This document shows, piece after piece, positions 27,614 through 38,500 of a stretch of 64,000 nt of DNA. This DNA is from Candidatus Latescibacterota bacterium (GTDB lineage: Bacteria; Latescibacterota; UBA2968; UBA8231): contig OZ252098.1 in NCBI GenBank assembly GCA_965248355.1, positions 4,800,001 to 4,864,000 of the forward strand, read 5' to 3'. The position numbers and the translations under genes are program-made. Position 1 is the first letter of the stretch; every line of letters begins with the position of its first letter. The notes beneath the pieces were generated by a model that searched no databases, had not been told where the DNA came from, and saw only the letters and a list, made by a program, of their open reading frames with translations.

Positions 27614-29159
27614 CCTCTGGTTGCATAAGAACAGGGCTTTTTCCTCCTCCGAACGGCCCATTGTCACTTGCGGCGCCCTCTGAAAAAGGGGTATTTGATA
27701 CTGTCGACCAAGACATGTATCGACCCCTTTCAGAAGGACACCGCAAGTGAGGTTCAGAAAAGAAGACATTTTGGCCCGTTTTCACAAGCTCCCGCATCTT
27801 CGCTTCGAGGATCAACAGCTGACTTCCTTTGCGGGAGCCATCGTTTTTCAACTGCTCTTCCGGCGCCTGGATCTGAAGACTCGGCTGAAGTCGTGCTTCC
27901 CCGCCAAGAGCTCCGCGATCTTTGGTCCCCATCTCATGGTGTTGTTGCTCATCGTGCATCTGCTGCTGGGCTTCCGGCGGCTGCGAGACATGGACTATTA
28001 CCGGGACGATCCGGTGGTGCTGCGTCTGTTGGGCTTGCGCCGCCTGCCGGACGTGGCCACCCTCAGTCGCGCCCTCGCAAGAATGGGCCGTTCGAGTATC
28101 GAAAAAGTGCGCCACCTGTCTTCGGTCCTGGTGGTGCAGGCGCTCCAGCGCGAGCGGTTCCCCCGTCTGACCCTCGACTTCGACGGCTCGGTGATCTCCA
28201 CTTGTGGTCATGCCGAAGGGACCGCCGTGGGCTATAATCCGAAAAAGAAAGGGGCGCGCAGCTATTACAACCTGTTCTGTACGGTGGCGCAGACCGGACA
28301 GTTCTTCGATGTCCTTCACCGCCCCGGCAACGTCCATGACAGCAAGGACGCCCATGCGTTCATGATGGACGCCTTCGATCGGGTGCGCGACGCGCTGGCG
28401 CCTACCGTGCTCGAGTCCCGACTCGACAGTGCCTTCTTCAGCCAGGACACGCTCACGCTCCTGGACCTGTATGGCGTCGAATGCACGATCAGTGTCCCTT
28501 TCGAACGCTTCCCCGTACTCAAGGACCAGATCGAAGCGCGCCAGCGCTGGCGCTTTCTCGATGAACACTGCGCCTATTTCGAGAGTGACTGGAAACCCCA
28601 ACGCTGGCCCGCCTCGTACCGATTTCTCTTGGTCCGCCGTGCGGTCGCGCGTCAGACCAAGGAACCGCTGCAACTGGATCTGTTCGAACCCCGGCCCATC
28701 GATCATGAGTACCGCGTTCTGGTGACCAACAAGAGGATCTCGGCCCGCCGCGTGCTCCTCTTCCACTATGGCCGCGGCGCCCAGGAAGGGATCTTCGCCG
28801 AGGCCAAGCAACAGGCCGGGCTGGATCTGATCCCCACCCGGCGGCTGCTCGGCAACCAGATGGTGACTTTGTGTGCGATGATGGCCCACAATCTGGGACG
28901 CGAAATGCAGATGCGGGCGCAGGCGCGATCCAACTATTCGCGCGCCAAACGCCCGGCGGCGTGGACCTTCCAGACCTTGGACACTCTGCGTCATCGCTTC
29001 ATTCAGCGCGCCGGGCGCCTCACTCGGCCCAAGGGCGAGTTGACCCTGACCCTGAACTCCAATCCAAAAGTGGAAAAAGATCTGTTGCATTTCCTCGAAA
29101 CACTGAAGGATGCCGCCTGATCACACCACCGCCTTCAAACAGATTTATGCAACGTTAGG
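27614..29159 (+). mobile_element. IS1380-family insertion sequence
   Basis: Terminal IRs CCTCTGGTTGCATAA / CCTAACGTTGCATAA; imperfect flanking duplication GTAGAC/GTACAC (ends uncertain by 1 bp). Confidence 0.85.
27747..29120 (+). CDS. IS1380-family transposase
   Basis: LTSFAG, TLDFDGS, RPGNVH, RLDSAFF, YGRGAQEGIFAEAK, TLRHRFIQRAGRL. Confidence 0.9.
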   Translation: MRFRKEDILARFHKLPHLRFEDQQLTSFAGAIVFQLLFRRLDLKTRLKSCFPAKSSAIFGPHLMVLLLIVHLLLGFRRLRDMDYYRDDPVVLRLLGLRRLPDVATLSRALARMGRSSIEKVRHLSSVLVVQALQRERFPRLTLDFDGSVISTCGHAEGTAVGYNPKKKGARSYYNLFCTVAQTGQFFDVLHRPGNVHDSKDAHAFMMDAFDRVRDALAPTVLESRLDSAFFSQDTLTLLDLYGVECTISVPFERFPVLKDQIEARQRWRFLDEHCAYFESDWKPQRWPASYRFLLVRRAVARQTKEPLQLDLFEPRPIDHEYRVLVTNKRISARRVLLFHYGRGAQEGIFAEAKQQAGLDLIPTRRLLGNQMVTLCAMMAHNLGREMQMRAQARSNYSRAKRPAAWTFQTLDTLRHRFIQRAGRLTRPKGELTLTLNSNPKVEKDLLHFLETLKDAA

Positions 29160-29530
29160 GTACACCGTCCCCCGCGGCTTCATCATTGGCACGAGTCGGT
29201 CCATGAGATCCGCGAACCAGCTGCGATACTGGTCCCTCGCTCTTTTTCTGAAGGGAGTACCATTGAAGTTCTTGGATAGATTGTAGGGAGGATCCAGAAT
29301 AAGCAGATCGACAAACTCGGGCGGGAAGTATTCTGCAACCTCAAAGAAGTCGCCTCCGACAAGGCGGCCTTCGAGGTCGTGCCGATCTGCGGGCCCTTCA
29401 AGTCGCATGATGTCGCGGCTCAATCGGACTCGTTCGTCAGGCGTGCAGGAGAGGGTTCGATTCCTTGGGGCGCGGTTGGGCATGGCAGAGTCCGTGTGCA
29501 GGAGTGCTTCGGTGAGGCGGTCGAGCAAAC

Positions 29531-29559
29531 AGTGTCCCGTTTCTTCGAATCTGTGTCAA
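29531..29559 (-). promoter_or_regulatory. Putative sigma70 promoter of the R-M operon
   Basis: TTGACA (29559-29554), 17-bp spacer, GACACT (29536-29531). Confidence 0.45.
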
Positions 29560-29604
29560 GGCGGCAAACGCACGCCTGACAGGGGCGCATCCAGGATGGT
29601 TATC

Positions 29605-31092
29605 TCAGCCCACGTAGAGCGCGTACAGCCGGGCGTCCTGCCGTCGCAGCCCGTCGAAAGTCACCCGCAGGCGGAAGGGGCCGTCGATCTCGCTTACGGA
29701 ATCCCGGTCCTTCCAGACCACCGGCTGCCGCAGGCCCGCCTCCCGCAAGGGGACGCAGGCCTCGCCGGACCAGCCGGGCAGCGGCCGGAACCGCTCGTCC
29801 AGCACTTCCACGGTGATCGCGGCGTGCTCCCCCACGCCGTCCAGGTTGGCGTAGACCCGCGCCGGCGCGTCGCCGGCCCGTATGGGACAGGTGATGCAGT
29901 GGCGCGCGGCCTCATCCCAGCGCGCCGGCCCCCGGCTCAGCTCTTCGGGCTCAAAGGCGCGGAAGCAGCCCAGACGGTCGCGCGGCCAGCGCGCCAGTCG
30001 CACGCCGCCGGTGGTCCAGACGCTGTAGTAGAGCAGCGTCTCGTCGCCCCAGTTGCACATCCCCTGGCCGTGGCTCAGCGCCGGTCCGCCGATGATCGGC
30101 GGCAGGCCCTCCTGCGGAAAGAGCGCGCCGGCGCCGCCCTGCTCCTCGGCGGCGGGGACCAGCCGGAAGTCGGGGATGGGCTCGTGGTAGTGCATGGCGT
30201 TGTGGCTGATCACCAGGCCGAGGTCCATGGTCACCAGCTTGCGGTCGCCCGACGGGTGGCCGTGCCAGATGTCGTAGACGCCGAGGATCACGTTGCCCCG
30301 GTCCCACAGGCCGGCGCCGAGGTGGACCTGCTCGCCGGAGTTGCCGCCGGCGGCGATCCCCGCCATGTCGAGCAGGGGCAGACGGTCGCGGTGCAGGCCG
30401 AGGGCCGTGGCCTCGGTCCAGTGCTCGAAGTCGTAGGAGGCGCAGGTCACCAGCTCGCGCGGCGTGCCGAAGTGGAAGCCCCCGTGGCCGTTGACGTAGT
30501 AGCAGCCGTTGAACCGGATGACGCCGCTCATCTCCAGCATCGGTCCCACGGGATTGTGGGGCGACTCCGTCCAGCGCAGGCCGTCGGGGCTGAAGGCCAC
30601 GGAGAGGAGCTTGTCGTACTCGCGGCACTCGAAGGCGAGCTTGAAGCGCCGCCGCGGGTCGGGGTCGTCCGGGTCGTGGAGCACGGGCACGGCGAGCAGG
30701 TCGCAGGCGCCGCCCCGCAGGGCCACCAGGTTGTTCCGCGTGCTGCCGTTGTACTCCACCAGGCCGAGGGCCGGCTTCTCCCAGTGCAGGCCGTCGCGGC
30801 TGACCGCGTAGCACAGGCGGTCGGCGCGGTACCCGTCGAGGCGGCCGGCGCCCTCGTACCACATGCGCAGCTCGTCGCCGAAGGGGATCACCGCCCCGTA
30901 GAAGCGGACCCGCATGTCGTCCGGGGCGCCCTCGGGCCCCGGCTGCACCACCACCGACTCCCGTCCCCGGGCCTTGGCGCTCACCATGTGAAGCCGCAGC
31001 CCCGACGTGAAGGGGATGCTGTCCCTGTCGAAGGGAAACAACACCGCTTCGTCCACCCTCGGATGAGGGAGGCCGTTCTGTACCTCGATCAT
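29605..31092 (-). CDS. Beta-propeller glycosidase-like hypothetical protein (GH32/43-like) with C-terminal beta-sandwich
   Basis: LRMWY, CYAVSRDGLHWEKPALG, AFSPDGLRW, SYDFEHW, ARLYAL. Confidence 0.7.
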   Translation of the reverse strand: MIEVQNGLPHPRVDEAVLFPFDRDSIPFTSGLRLHMVSAKARGRESVVVQPGPEGAPDDMRVRFYGAVIPFGDELRMWYEGAGRLDGYRADRLCYAVSRDGLHWEKPALGLVEYNGSTRNNLVALRGGACDLLAVPVLHDPDDPDPRRRFKLAFECREYDKLLSVAFSPDGLRWTESPHNPVGPMLEMSGVIRFNGCYYVNGHGGFHFGTPRELVTCASYDFEHWTEATALGLHRDRLPLLDMAGIAAGGNSGEQVHLGAGLWDRGNVILGVYDIWHGHPSGDRKLVTMDLGLVISHNAMHYHEPIPDFRLVPAAEEQGGAGALFPQEGLPPIIGGPALSHGQGMCNWGDETLLYYSVWTTGGVRLARWPRDRLGCFRAFEPEELSRGPARWDEAARHCITCPIRAGDAPARVYANLDGVGEHAAITVEVLDERFRPLPGWSGEACVPLREAGLRQPVVWKDRDSVSEIDGPFRLRVTFDGLRRQDARLYALYVG

Positions 31093-31190
31093 GTATGGCT
31101 CCGGATCTGGTGTTTGACCGGCCGGGCGTCACTGCAGCGCGGCCAGTCGGACAGCCGCCGCCCAGGACGGTGGGCGGTGCGGGCCGTAGT

Positions 31191-34100
31191 ATGTGCGCCG
31201 AATCAAAGGGGAGCAAACCCGCAGTGGTTCCCAACGGGGGATTCGAGGACCAGATCGACGGCCGGCCCGTTGGGTGGGAACTGCGCGTCGATTCGCAGGA
31301 TTTCCTCCTCGTGGGAAAGTTGTCCACCGAAGCCCGTTCGGGCCGCTTCAGCTTCTCCGTCGAGAAGGGCCTGGGCCGGCGGGGGACGGAGCTGCGTTCC
31401 ACCCCCTTCGATCTGAAGCCGGACGCCGCGTACGAGGCCAGTGCCTGGCTGAGGATGGACAGCCGCTTTCCGAAGGACACGATCCGCCTGCAGGTACGGG
31501 CCGACACCCACAGCGAGCTCTTCGACCTGAGCGTGGGCCGGGACTGGAGGAGGGCCTCGGTCCTGTTCCGCAGCGGGCCCGGGACCCATTCGGCCCGCCT
31601 TCGGTTCGATCAGCTCGGCGGCCTGGCGGAGCGGCTCTACATCGACGATGTGGAGGTCCGGGAGACGGAGGCCGAGGACGACAGGCCCCCCATCCGGCGG
31701 ACGGATCTCTCCGGATTCCGGTTTCCCGGCCACCGACCGCGGTTGGAGCACACCTCGGAGGATATCGAGGAGATCAGCCGGTCCACCCACGGGTGCGCGC
31801 GCACCCGTGGGTGGAGGGCGCGGACCCGTGGCTGGAGAAGCCGCTGCACTTCTTCGAGGAGGGGTACGACTTCGAGAAGTGGTGGACCATCGGCCGCCAT
31901 TGTCCGGCCGACGCGTCCCTTCTCGAACCGGTCGTGCATCCCGACGGCGCGACCGAGTTGAAATGCCCGGCCTGCAGCCGGATCTATGAAAGGGAGGAGC
32001 ACAGGGGGTGCGCCCGCGCCATGTACAACGAGCAGATGGCGCGCGGCGCGGGCTGGCTGGGCAAGGCCTACGCGCTGACCGGCGAGGCGGGGTATGCCCG
32101 CAGGGCCGCGGAGATCCTGGTGGGGTTCGCCGGCCGCTACAGGCAGTGGGGCGGCGGCCACGCGGTGCTCTACAAGCTGCGGGAGTCCAACGGGTTCCTC
32201 CTTCCCTGCGCGACGGCGTACGACCACATCCACGACAGCGGGGTCCTGTCGGCGGAAGACCGCCGCACGATCGAGGAGGACTTCTTCCGCGTGGCCGGCG
32301 AGCACTACTCCGACCACGCCGACTCCAACGGGCGGATGAACAACCGCGGCGCCATCCACAATCACAGCGTCATGGCCATCGGCTCCGCTATCGAAGACAT
32401 GGGGTTTGTGGATCACGCCCTCAACAGCCCCCATTCGGGCTTTCACGCCCTCGCGGCCCGCATCTTCGATCCGGACGGCCTGGCGCGGGAGGGATTCGGT
32501 TACCACACCTACACACTCGTCGGCCTCGCTCCCATTGCCGAGAAGGCCTGCCGCATCGGCATCAACGTCTATGACGATCCCGCGTACCGGAAGGTCTTCG
32601 AGGCGCCGCTGCAGGTCTTCCTGCCGGACGAGGTGGGCCCGGCATCGCGCCATCGTCTGCGTCCCCTCTACGAGATCGCCTGTCGAAGGTTCGCCGAGCT
32701 GGGAGAAGCGATCGAGTCCCCCTTCGATGAAGAGGACAGGGCTCCCTCCTCATCCTTCAACTTCAGGCACTTCGGGTACGGGGTGTTGCGGTCGGGGGAG
32801 GGCGAGGACCAGATCCATCTCTCCATGAGCTATGGCAGGGAGGCCATGTTCCTGGGGCACGCACCGGCCCTGAAGTTCGCCCTGGTCCTTCATGCGAACC
32901 GCCGGCTGCTGACCCCGCGGGGCATGCCCAAGGGCTACGGCCATCCCCTGACCGGGGCCTGGTGCCGCAATCCTCTCGCCCACAACTGCATCACCGTCGA
33001 CGACGCCGGTCCGTGGGGCCGCACCGAAGGGAAGCTGGTCGCCTTCGAGGCCGCCGGCCGGGTGCAGGTGATGCGGGCGGTGGACGACGAGGCGTACGCG
33101 GGCCTCACCCTGGACCGCACCATGTTTCTCGCCGGCGATTACGTGGTCGACCTCTCGGCCGCCCATGCCGCGAGCGGACGCCACCGCTACGACATGTGCT
33201 ACCGGAGCTTCGGCGAGCTGAGTTGCCCGCTGCCCTTGGAGGATCGGGCCGGTCCCCTCGGGGTCGGATACGGCTATCAGCTCCTGACCGATCTCAGGAC
33301 CTCGCGCACCGGCGAGACCTGGTCCGCCGAGTGGCGCCAGGCCGCGGACAGCGCGCTGAAGGTCACGGTGCTGGGCGGGACCGAGACGGAGGTGATCGCC
33401 TGCGACTCGCCGAGCAATACGGACCGGGACGACGATGTGAAGGCCCTGGTGGCCCGCCGGTATGCGCGGGGAACGGTCTTCGCCGCGGTGTGGCAGCCCT
33501 ATCGGGACGAGCCCTTCCTGTCGCGGATCTCGGCCCTGCCGGTGACCGGCGGGGAGGAGGCGGATCCGCCCGGTGGAGTTGGAGTGGAGGTGATCAGGGA
33601 AGGTTCGGAGGCATCGGAGTGTTTCCTGGCCTCTTACAGGCCCGGTGTGAAGAGGTACGGAGCCATCGAGCTCGACGGGAAGATGGCCGCAGGATGCTGG
33701 GGGAAGGGCGAAGGAGAGCCGGCCTGCGTCTCCCTGGTGAAGGGCGTCCTGCTCAGGCGCGGCTCCCATTCGGTGGAGGCCAGCGCGCCGGCTTCGATCT
33801 ACGTGGAGCGGCTGGAGAAGGGTCGGCTCCTGGTGAGGACGGGCGACAACAGCGCCGGCAGGATGGTGATCGAAGGCCGGCTGTCGGATGAGGTCGAGGT
33901 GACGCGGGATGGCGAAGCGGTGGAGGTGGAGCTCGAGGAGGGTGAATCCGTGACTTTCCAGGCGGCGGCGCAGGCTTGTTACGTGCTGTCGGGCGTGCAG
34001 GAATGGAGAAGGGTGAGGCTGGCGTGTGAAGCCGTGGCCGCACGACTCGAGGACAACCCGGACGATGCGCAGGGAGGGAGCGCGGTACGTGAGGCGGTGG

Positions 34101-34672
34101 ATGCCCCGCTCCCCGGGAAGAACAAGGCCGCCAACGCGGGGTTTGAAGTCAATCCAGCGACAAGGGACGATGTCGAAGATCCCTGGGATTGCTGGAACTC
34201 ATACTACTGGGCGAAGTACCGCCCAGCTTGGCGGTACGATGCAGACGTCGCCCACAGCGGCAAGTACTCCCTCAGGATCCCCCGGGAGAGCTGGGCGAAT
34301 GAAGCGACGCGGGACGGATGGATCGAGCAGAAGGTTGCCAGTTCGGGAGCGAACAGGACCTGCACCCTCTCCGCCTGGGTGAAGTCGAGCCTGGACCCGA
34401 CCCGGGTCAGGCTGTGCATCTACGGATGGGACCCTGAATGGGGCCGGGACTTCGAAGGCGGCGTGTCCCCCCTCTTCGAGGTGGGCACGGAGTGGCGGCG
34501 CATCCGTTGGACGCGGAGCTTCGGTCCCGGGATCACCGATGTGCATGTGATGGTGAAGCGGGAGCACCAGGTGCTGGGCGGAGATCTGTGGATCGACGAC
34601 GTGCAACTGGAAGAGGGCGGCGAGGCGACAGCCTTCGTGCCGGATGCGTGGACGGAGGCGGCGCTGAGATAG
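31191..34672 (+). CDS. Heparinase II/III-like polysaccharide lyase with N- and C-terminal CBM4/9-like domains; frameshift near 31780-31795
   Basis: NGGFE/NAGFE and YIDDV/WIDDVQLEEG CBM motifs; alginate-lyase-like helical region (AYALTGE, EGFGYH); GYGVLR, AHNCITVD; the 5' and 3' parts are in different frames. Confidence 0.75.
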
Positions 34673-34716
34673 GTCCGGGAGTGCCAGGTCCTTCGGTCGG
34701 GCCAGCCGGGCAAGGG

Positions 34717-35553
34717 TCATCGCATTCCAAGGGTGGTCCGGTGCATGACGCGGCGATGGCGGCCGTCCCAGGGCCGGCCGCGATGCAGGCAGCCGACGTT
34801 GTCCCACATGACCAGATCGTGCCGCCGCCACTCGTGACGGTACCCGAAGCGGGGCTGCGTCGCCCATTCGAGCAGTTCCGCCAGCAGGGCGCGGCCTTTC
34901 TCCACCGGCCAGCCGACGATGCGGGTGGCGTAGGAGCCGACGAGCAGGACCTTCGAGCTGCTCTCGGGAATGGTGCGCACCAGCGGATGCAGCGCCGGCG
35001 GCGTGTCCTTGAGAAACTGGTCGTCCATCAGGCCGGGGGCGATCTGCTGCCGCGACCAGGCGATGCTGTGCTCGGCCACCAAGTCCTCGATGAGGGCCTT
35101 GCGCTCGTCCGGCAGGCTCGCCCAGGCCGCCCGCAGGCTGGCGTACTCGGTCTCGCCGCCGGCGGGCGGCACCTCCTTGGCCGACAGCAGGGATCCCCGC
35201 AGCGGCACCTTGCGGAAGGAGCCGTCGGAGTGCCACAGGGAGTTTCCCTTCTGGTACAGCATGCGCTTGTCGTCGAGAGGGATGACGGCGCCCCTGTCGT
35301 CGACGTTGCTGATCACGCCGATCGGTCCGCCGTCGCCGATCGGGTCGCTGGGGATGGTCATCTCGAGGGGGCCGAAGCCAACGCTGAAGGCGACCTGCTG
35401 CTCGTCAGTGATCTGCTGGCCGCGAAAGACGAGGACCGAGTGCCGGTGGAAGGCCTCGCGCAGGAGGGAGAAGGTGCCGCCGTCGATGGGGGAGGCGATG
35501 TCGACGCCGCAGACCTCGGCGCCGATGTGCTCACCGAGTCTGTCGATTCTCAT
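34717..35553 (-). CDS. TauD/TfdA family Fe/2OG dioxygenase
   Basis: WHSDGS, GGETEYAS, HPLVR, DLVMWDN, HRG, MHRTT. Confidence 0.92.
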   Translation of the reverse strand: MRIDRLGEHIGAEVCGVDIASPIDGGTFSLLREAFHRHSVLVFRGQQITDEQQVAFSVGFGPLEMTIPSDPIGDGGPIGVISNVDDRGAVIPLDDKRMLYQKGNSLWHSDGSFRKVPLRGSLLSAKEVPPAGGETEYASLRAAWASLPDERKALIEDLVAEHSIAWSRQQIAPGLMDDQFLKDTPPALHPLVRTIPESSSKVLLVGSYATRIVGWPVEKGRALLAELLEWATQPRFGYRHEWRRHDLVMWDNVGCLHRGRPWDGRHRRVMHRTTLGMR

Positions 35554-35587
35554 GTGCGTCTCCAGCCCGGGCCGGCGCTGGCCGGCT

Positions 35588-38500
35588 TCATTTCAGAACG
35601 AGCATCTTGCGCACGTGGGCGGAGGTTCCCGCCTGCAAGCGGTACACATACACTCCGCTGGAGACCCGCTGTCCGTGCTGATCGCGGCCGTTCCAATAGG
35701 CCGCACGAGAGGGGGCCAGGTAGAGACCGGCAGGCTGGTAGCCCAGATCGATGGTCCTGACCAGGGCTCCGCGGACATCGTAGATGCTCAGGCCCACCTC
35801 GGCGGGGGCGTGCACCTGATAGGGTATCCAGGTCTCCGGATTGAAGGGATTGGGGTAGTTTGCCAGCAGCGCAGTCTTCGTCGGCAACGTCGAGGGCTGA
35901 GTCGGGGTCGCCAAGGTGTCGGTCCGGGGGACGTTCAGGGCGATGCCATGCACGTAGCGCAATTCTCTGAGGAGGAGTTCGGCGTTGGAGCCGTCGAGAT
36001 TCGCCCGAAGAATGCCGCTGTCGTCCGTCCAGTAGATCTTGCCCTCGCCTTCGTCCAGGGCGAGGCCCCCCGGAGAATCCAATCCGGCAAGGAGGTCTTC
36101 GCTGTTGGAGCCGTCGAGGTTCGCCCGGCGAATGAGGCGGTTGCGGTAGGGGTACTCCCCGTCCGTCCAGTAGATCTTGTCCCTGGTCAAGTCGAGGGCA
36201 AGGTGGTATGGCCCCGGCAAATCCGCGAGGATCGTTTCGACGTTGGCCCCGTCGAGATCGGCCCGACGGATTGAGCCGGTACTTTCCGCCCAGTACATCT
36301 TGCCCCCGGCCGCATCGAGGGCGATGCCCCTTGGAGTCGCCAACCCTGCGACGAGGACTTCGACGTTGGAGCCGTCGAGGTCAGCGCGGCGGATACTCCC
36401 ATTTCCTTCGTGGTTCCAGTTGGTCCAGTATACTCTTCCCGAGGGGGTGTCCAAAGCGATGCCTCTTGACGGCTCTCCAGTCAGGAGGGTGTCCACATTT
36501 GAGCCATCGAGGTTGGCTCGAAGGATCTTGCCCCTCCTCTCTTCCAGCTCCCAGTCGGTCCAGTACATGTTCCCACCGATCACGTCGAGGGCAACATCCT
36601 GTATTGGATCCCATCCAGTAGCGATGAGGTCCTTGCTGTTTGCACCGTCGAGGTTGGCGCGGCGGATCCGGCCCTGCCAATACTCCGTCCAGTACATATC
36701 GCCACCAGCGACATCGAGGGCGATCGCCCCTGGCTCCTTGACCCCCTCGAGGTATTCGACATTGGAACCGTCGAGGTCGGCCCGACGGATGGCATCCCTC
36801 GCGTCGGCGTAGAACGTGCCGGACTCCGTCCAGTAGAGCTTGCCTCCGGCTACGTCGAGGGCGATGCCGCTTGGGTACACCAATCCTGCTACGAGGAGTT
36901 CGACGGCAGTGCCGTCGAGGCCGGCGCGGTGAATGGTGTGTTCCACGGGGTCGGTCCAGTACATCTTGCCGTTGATTGCGTCGAGGGCAAGGCCGTACGG
37001 CCCCGGCAGGTCGCCCACGAGGGTTTCGACGTTTGTGCCGTCGAGGCCGGCTCGGCGGATTCGGCCCGCCTCTCCCCCCCCATCTTCTGTCCAGTACATC
37101 TTGCCATGGGTCAGATCCAGTGCAATACCCCCCGCCAGGGACGTTCTCATTCCGTTGACGAGGGTTTCGACGTTTGTGCCGTCGAGGTCGGCTCGACGGA
37201 TTCTCCTCTTTCCCGTCCCCCACTCCGTCCAGTAGATCTTGCCGCCGCCGACATCGAGGGCGATTCCGCCCGGGTATCTCCATCTCTCAATGACGAGATC
37301 CTCGCTGTTGGTGCCGTCGAAGTCGGCGCGGCGGATCTTGCCGATTCCCTCGGACAACGCCCATTCCGTCCAGTACATCTTGCCTGCAACGACATCGAGG
37401 GCGAGGGCGATGGGGACATCCAACGTCCCCGTGATGAGGATTTCGGTGTTCGTGCCGTCGAGGTCCGCTCGACGAATGGTGGTCTCTTCCGTCCAGTAAA
37501 TCCTGCCCCCGGCCACGTCCAAGGCGATCTCTACTGCAACGGGAGGAAAGAGACGTTCTATGTCGGTGCCATCGAGGTTGGAGCGCCAGATCGAACTCGC
37601 CACCGCATCTTCTTCCCGTATCGTCCAGTACATCTTGCCCTCACCCACGTCGAGAGCGATGTCCTCTCCTCCTGCGAGGAGAAGGGTCTCGACGTTGGCA
37701 CCGTCGAGGTCGGCCCGCTGGATACGGTGTCCCGCCCAGTAGATCTTGCCTCCGGTCACATCGAGGGCGATAGCCTCAGGACCGGCAACCTCGTCCTCGG
37801 CGAGGATGAGTTCGACACTGGAACCGTCGAGATTGGCGCGGCGAATCTCCCTCCTCCCCGACCAGTCTCCCTCTATCCAGTACAGCTTGCCTCCAGCAAC
37901 GTCCAGGACAATATCCCTCGGATATCTGTCCGGGCTAAGGAGCAGCTCGATGTTGGAACCGTCGAGGTTGGCGCGGCGGATCTTGCTCCCTTCCGTCCAG
38001 TACATCTTGTTGCCAGGGGGGTCCAATGCGAGGCCCCCCGGTCTGACTATGCCCGCGAGCAGGACTTCCGCATTGGAACCATCGAGGCTGGCACGGCGGA
38101 TGGTATCGCTCCCCGGCTCCGTCCAGTAGATTCGGCCCCCGGCCGGGTCGAGGGCAATGTTCTCCGGCCCCTCCGCTTCCGCGAGCAGGACTTCGGTATT
38201 GGAGCCGTCCAGGTCGGCCCGCCCGATGGTGGCCTCCCAGGCGCTCGTCCAGTACATCCGTCCTCCGGCCGTATCGAGGGCGATGTTGCTCGGATTCTCT
38301 ACTTCCGCAAGGTCTTCCACGGCAGTGCCGTCGAGGTTGGCGCGGCGGATTCGGCCCGTTTCCGGGCCCCACTGGGTCCAGTAGATCTGGCCGCCCGCCA
38401 CGTCGAGGGCGATGTCTTCGGGGTTGTCTGTTTCGAAGAGGTCTTCGACGTTGGAGCCGTTGAGATCGGCGCGGCGGATGGCTACGCCGATGATTATGCC

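Larger units (their letters stand above)
26957..29483 (-). pseudogene. Beta-class N4/N6 DNA methyltransferase interrupted by IS1380; 324 aa when rejoined
   Basis: DPPY in the 5' part; HPTQKPEKL and DPFVGSGTT in the 3' part; the rejoined junction reads GTVYVCSDW in frame. Confidence 0.9.

Noticed and set aside
27608..29165. IS1380 flanks GTAGAC/GTACAC fit GTNNAC, similar to HincII-family recognition sites
   Set aside because: A 4-base-specific pattern is common, the system's specificity is unknown, and there is no mechanism linking the two
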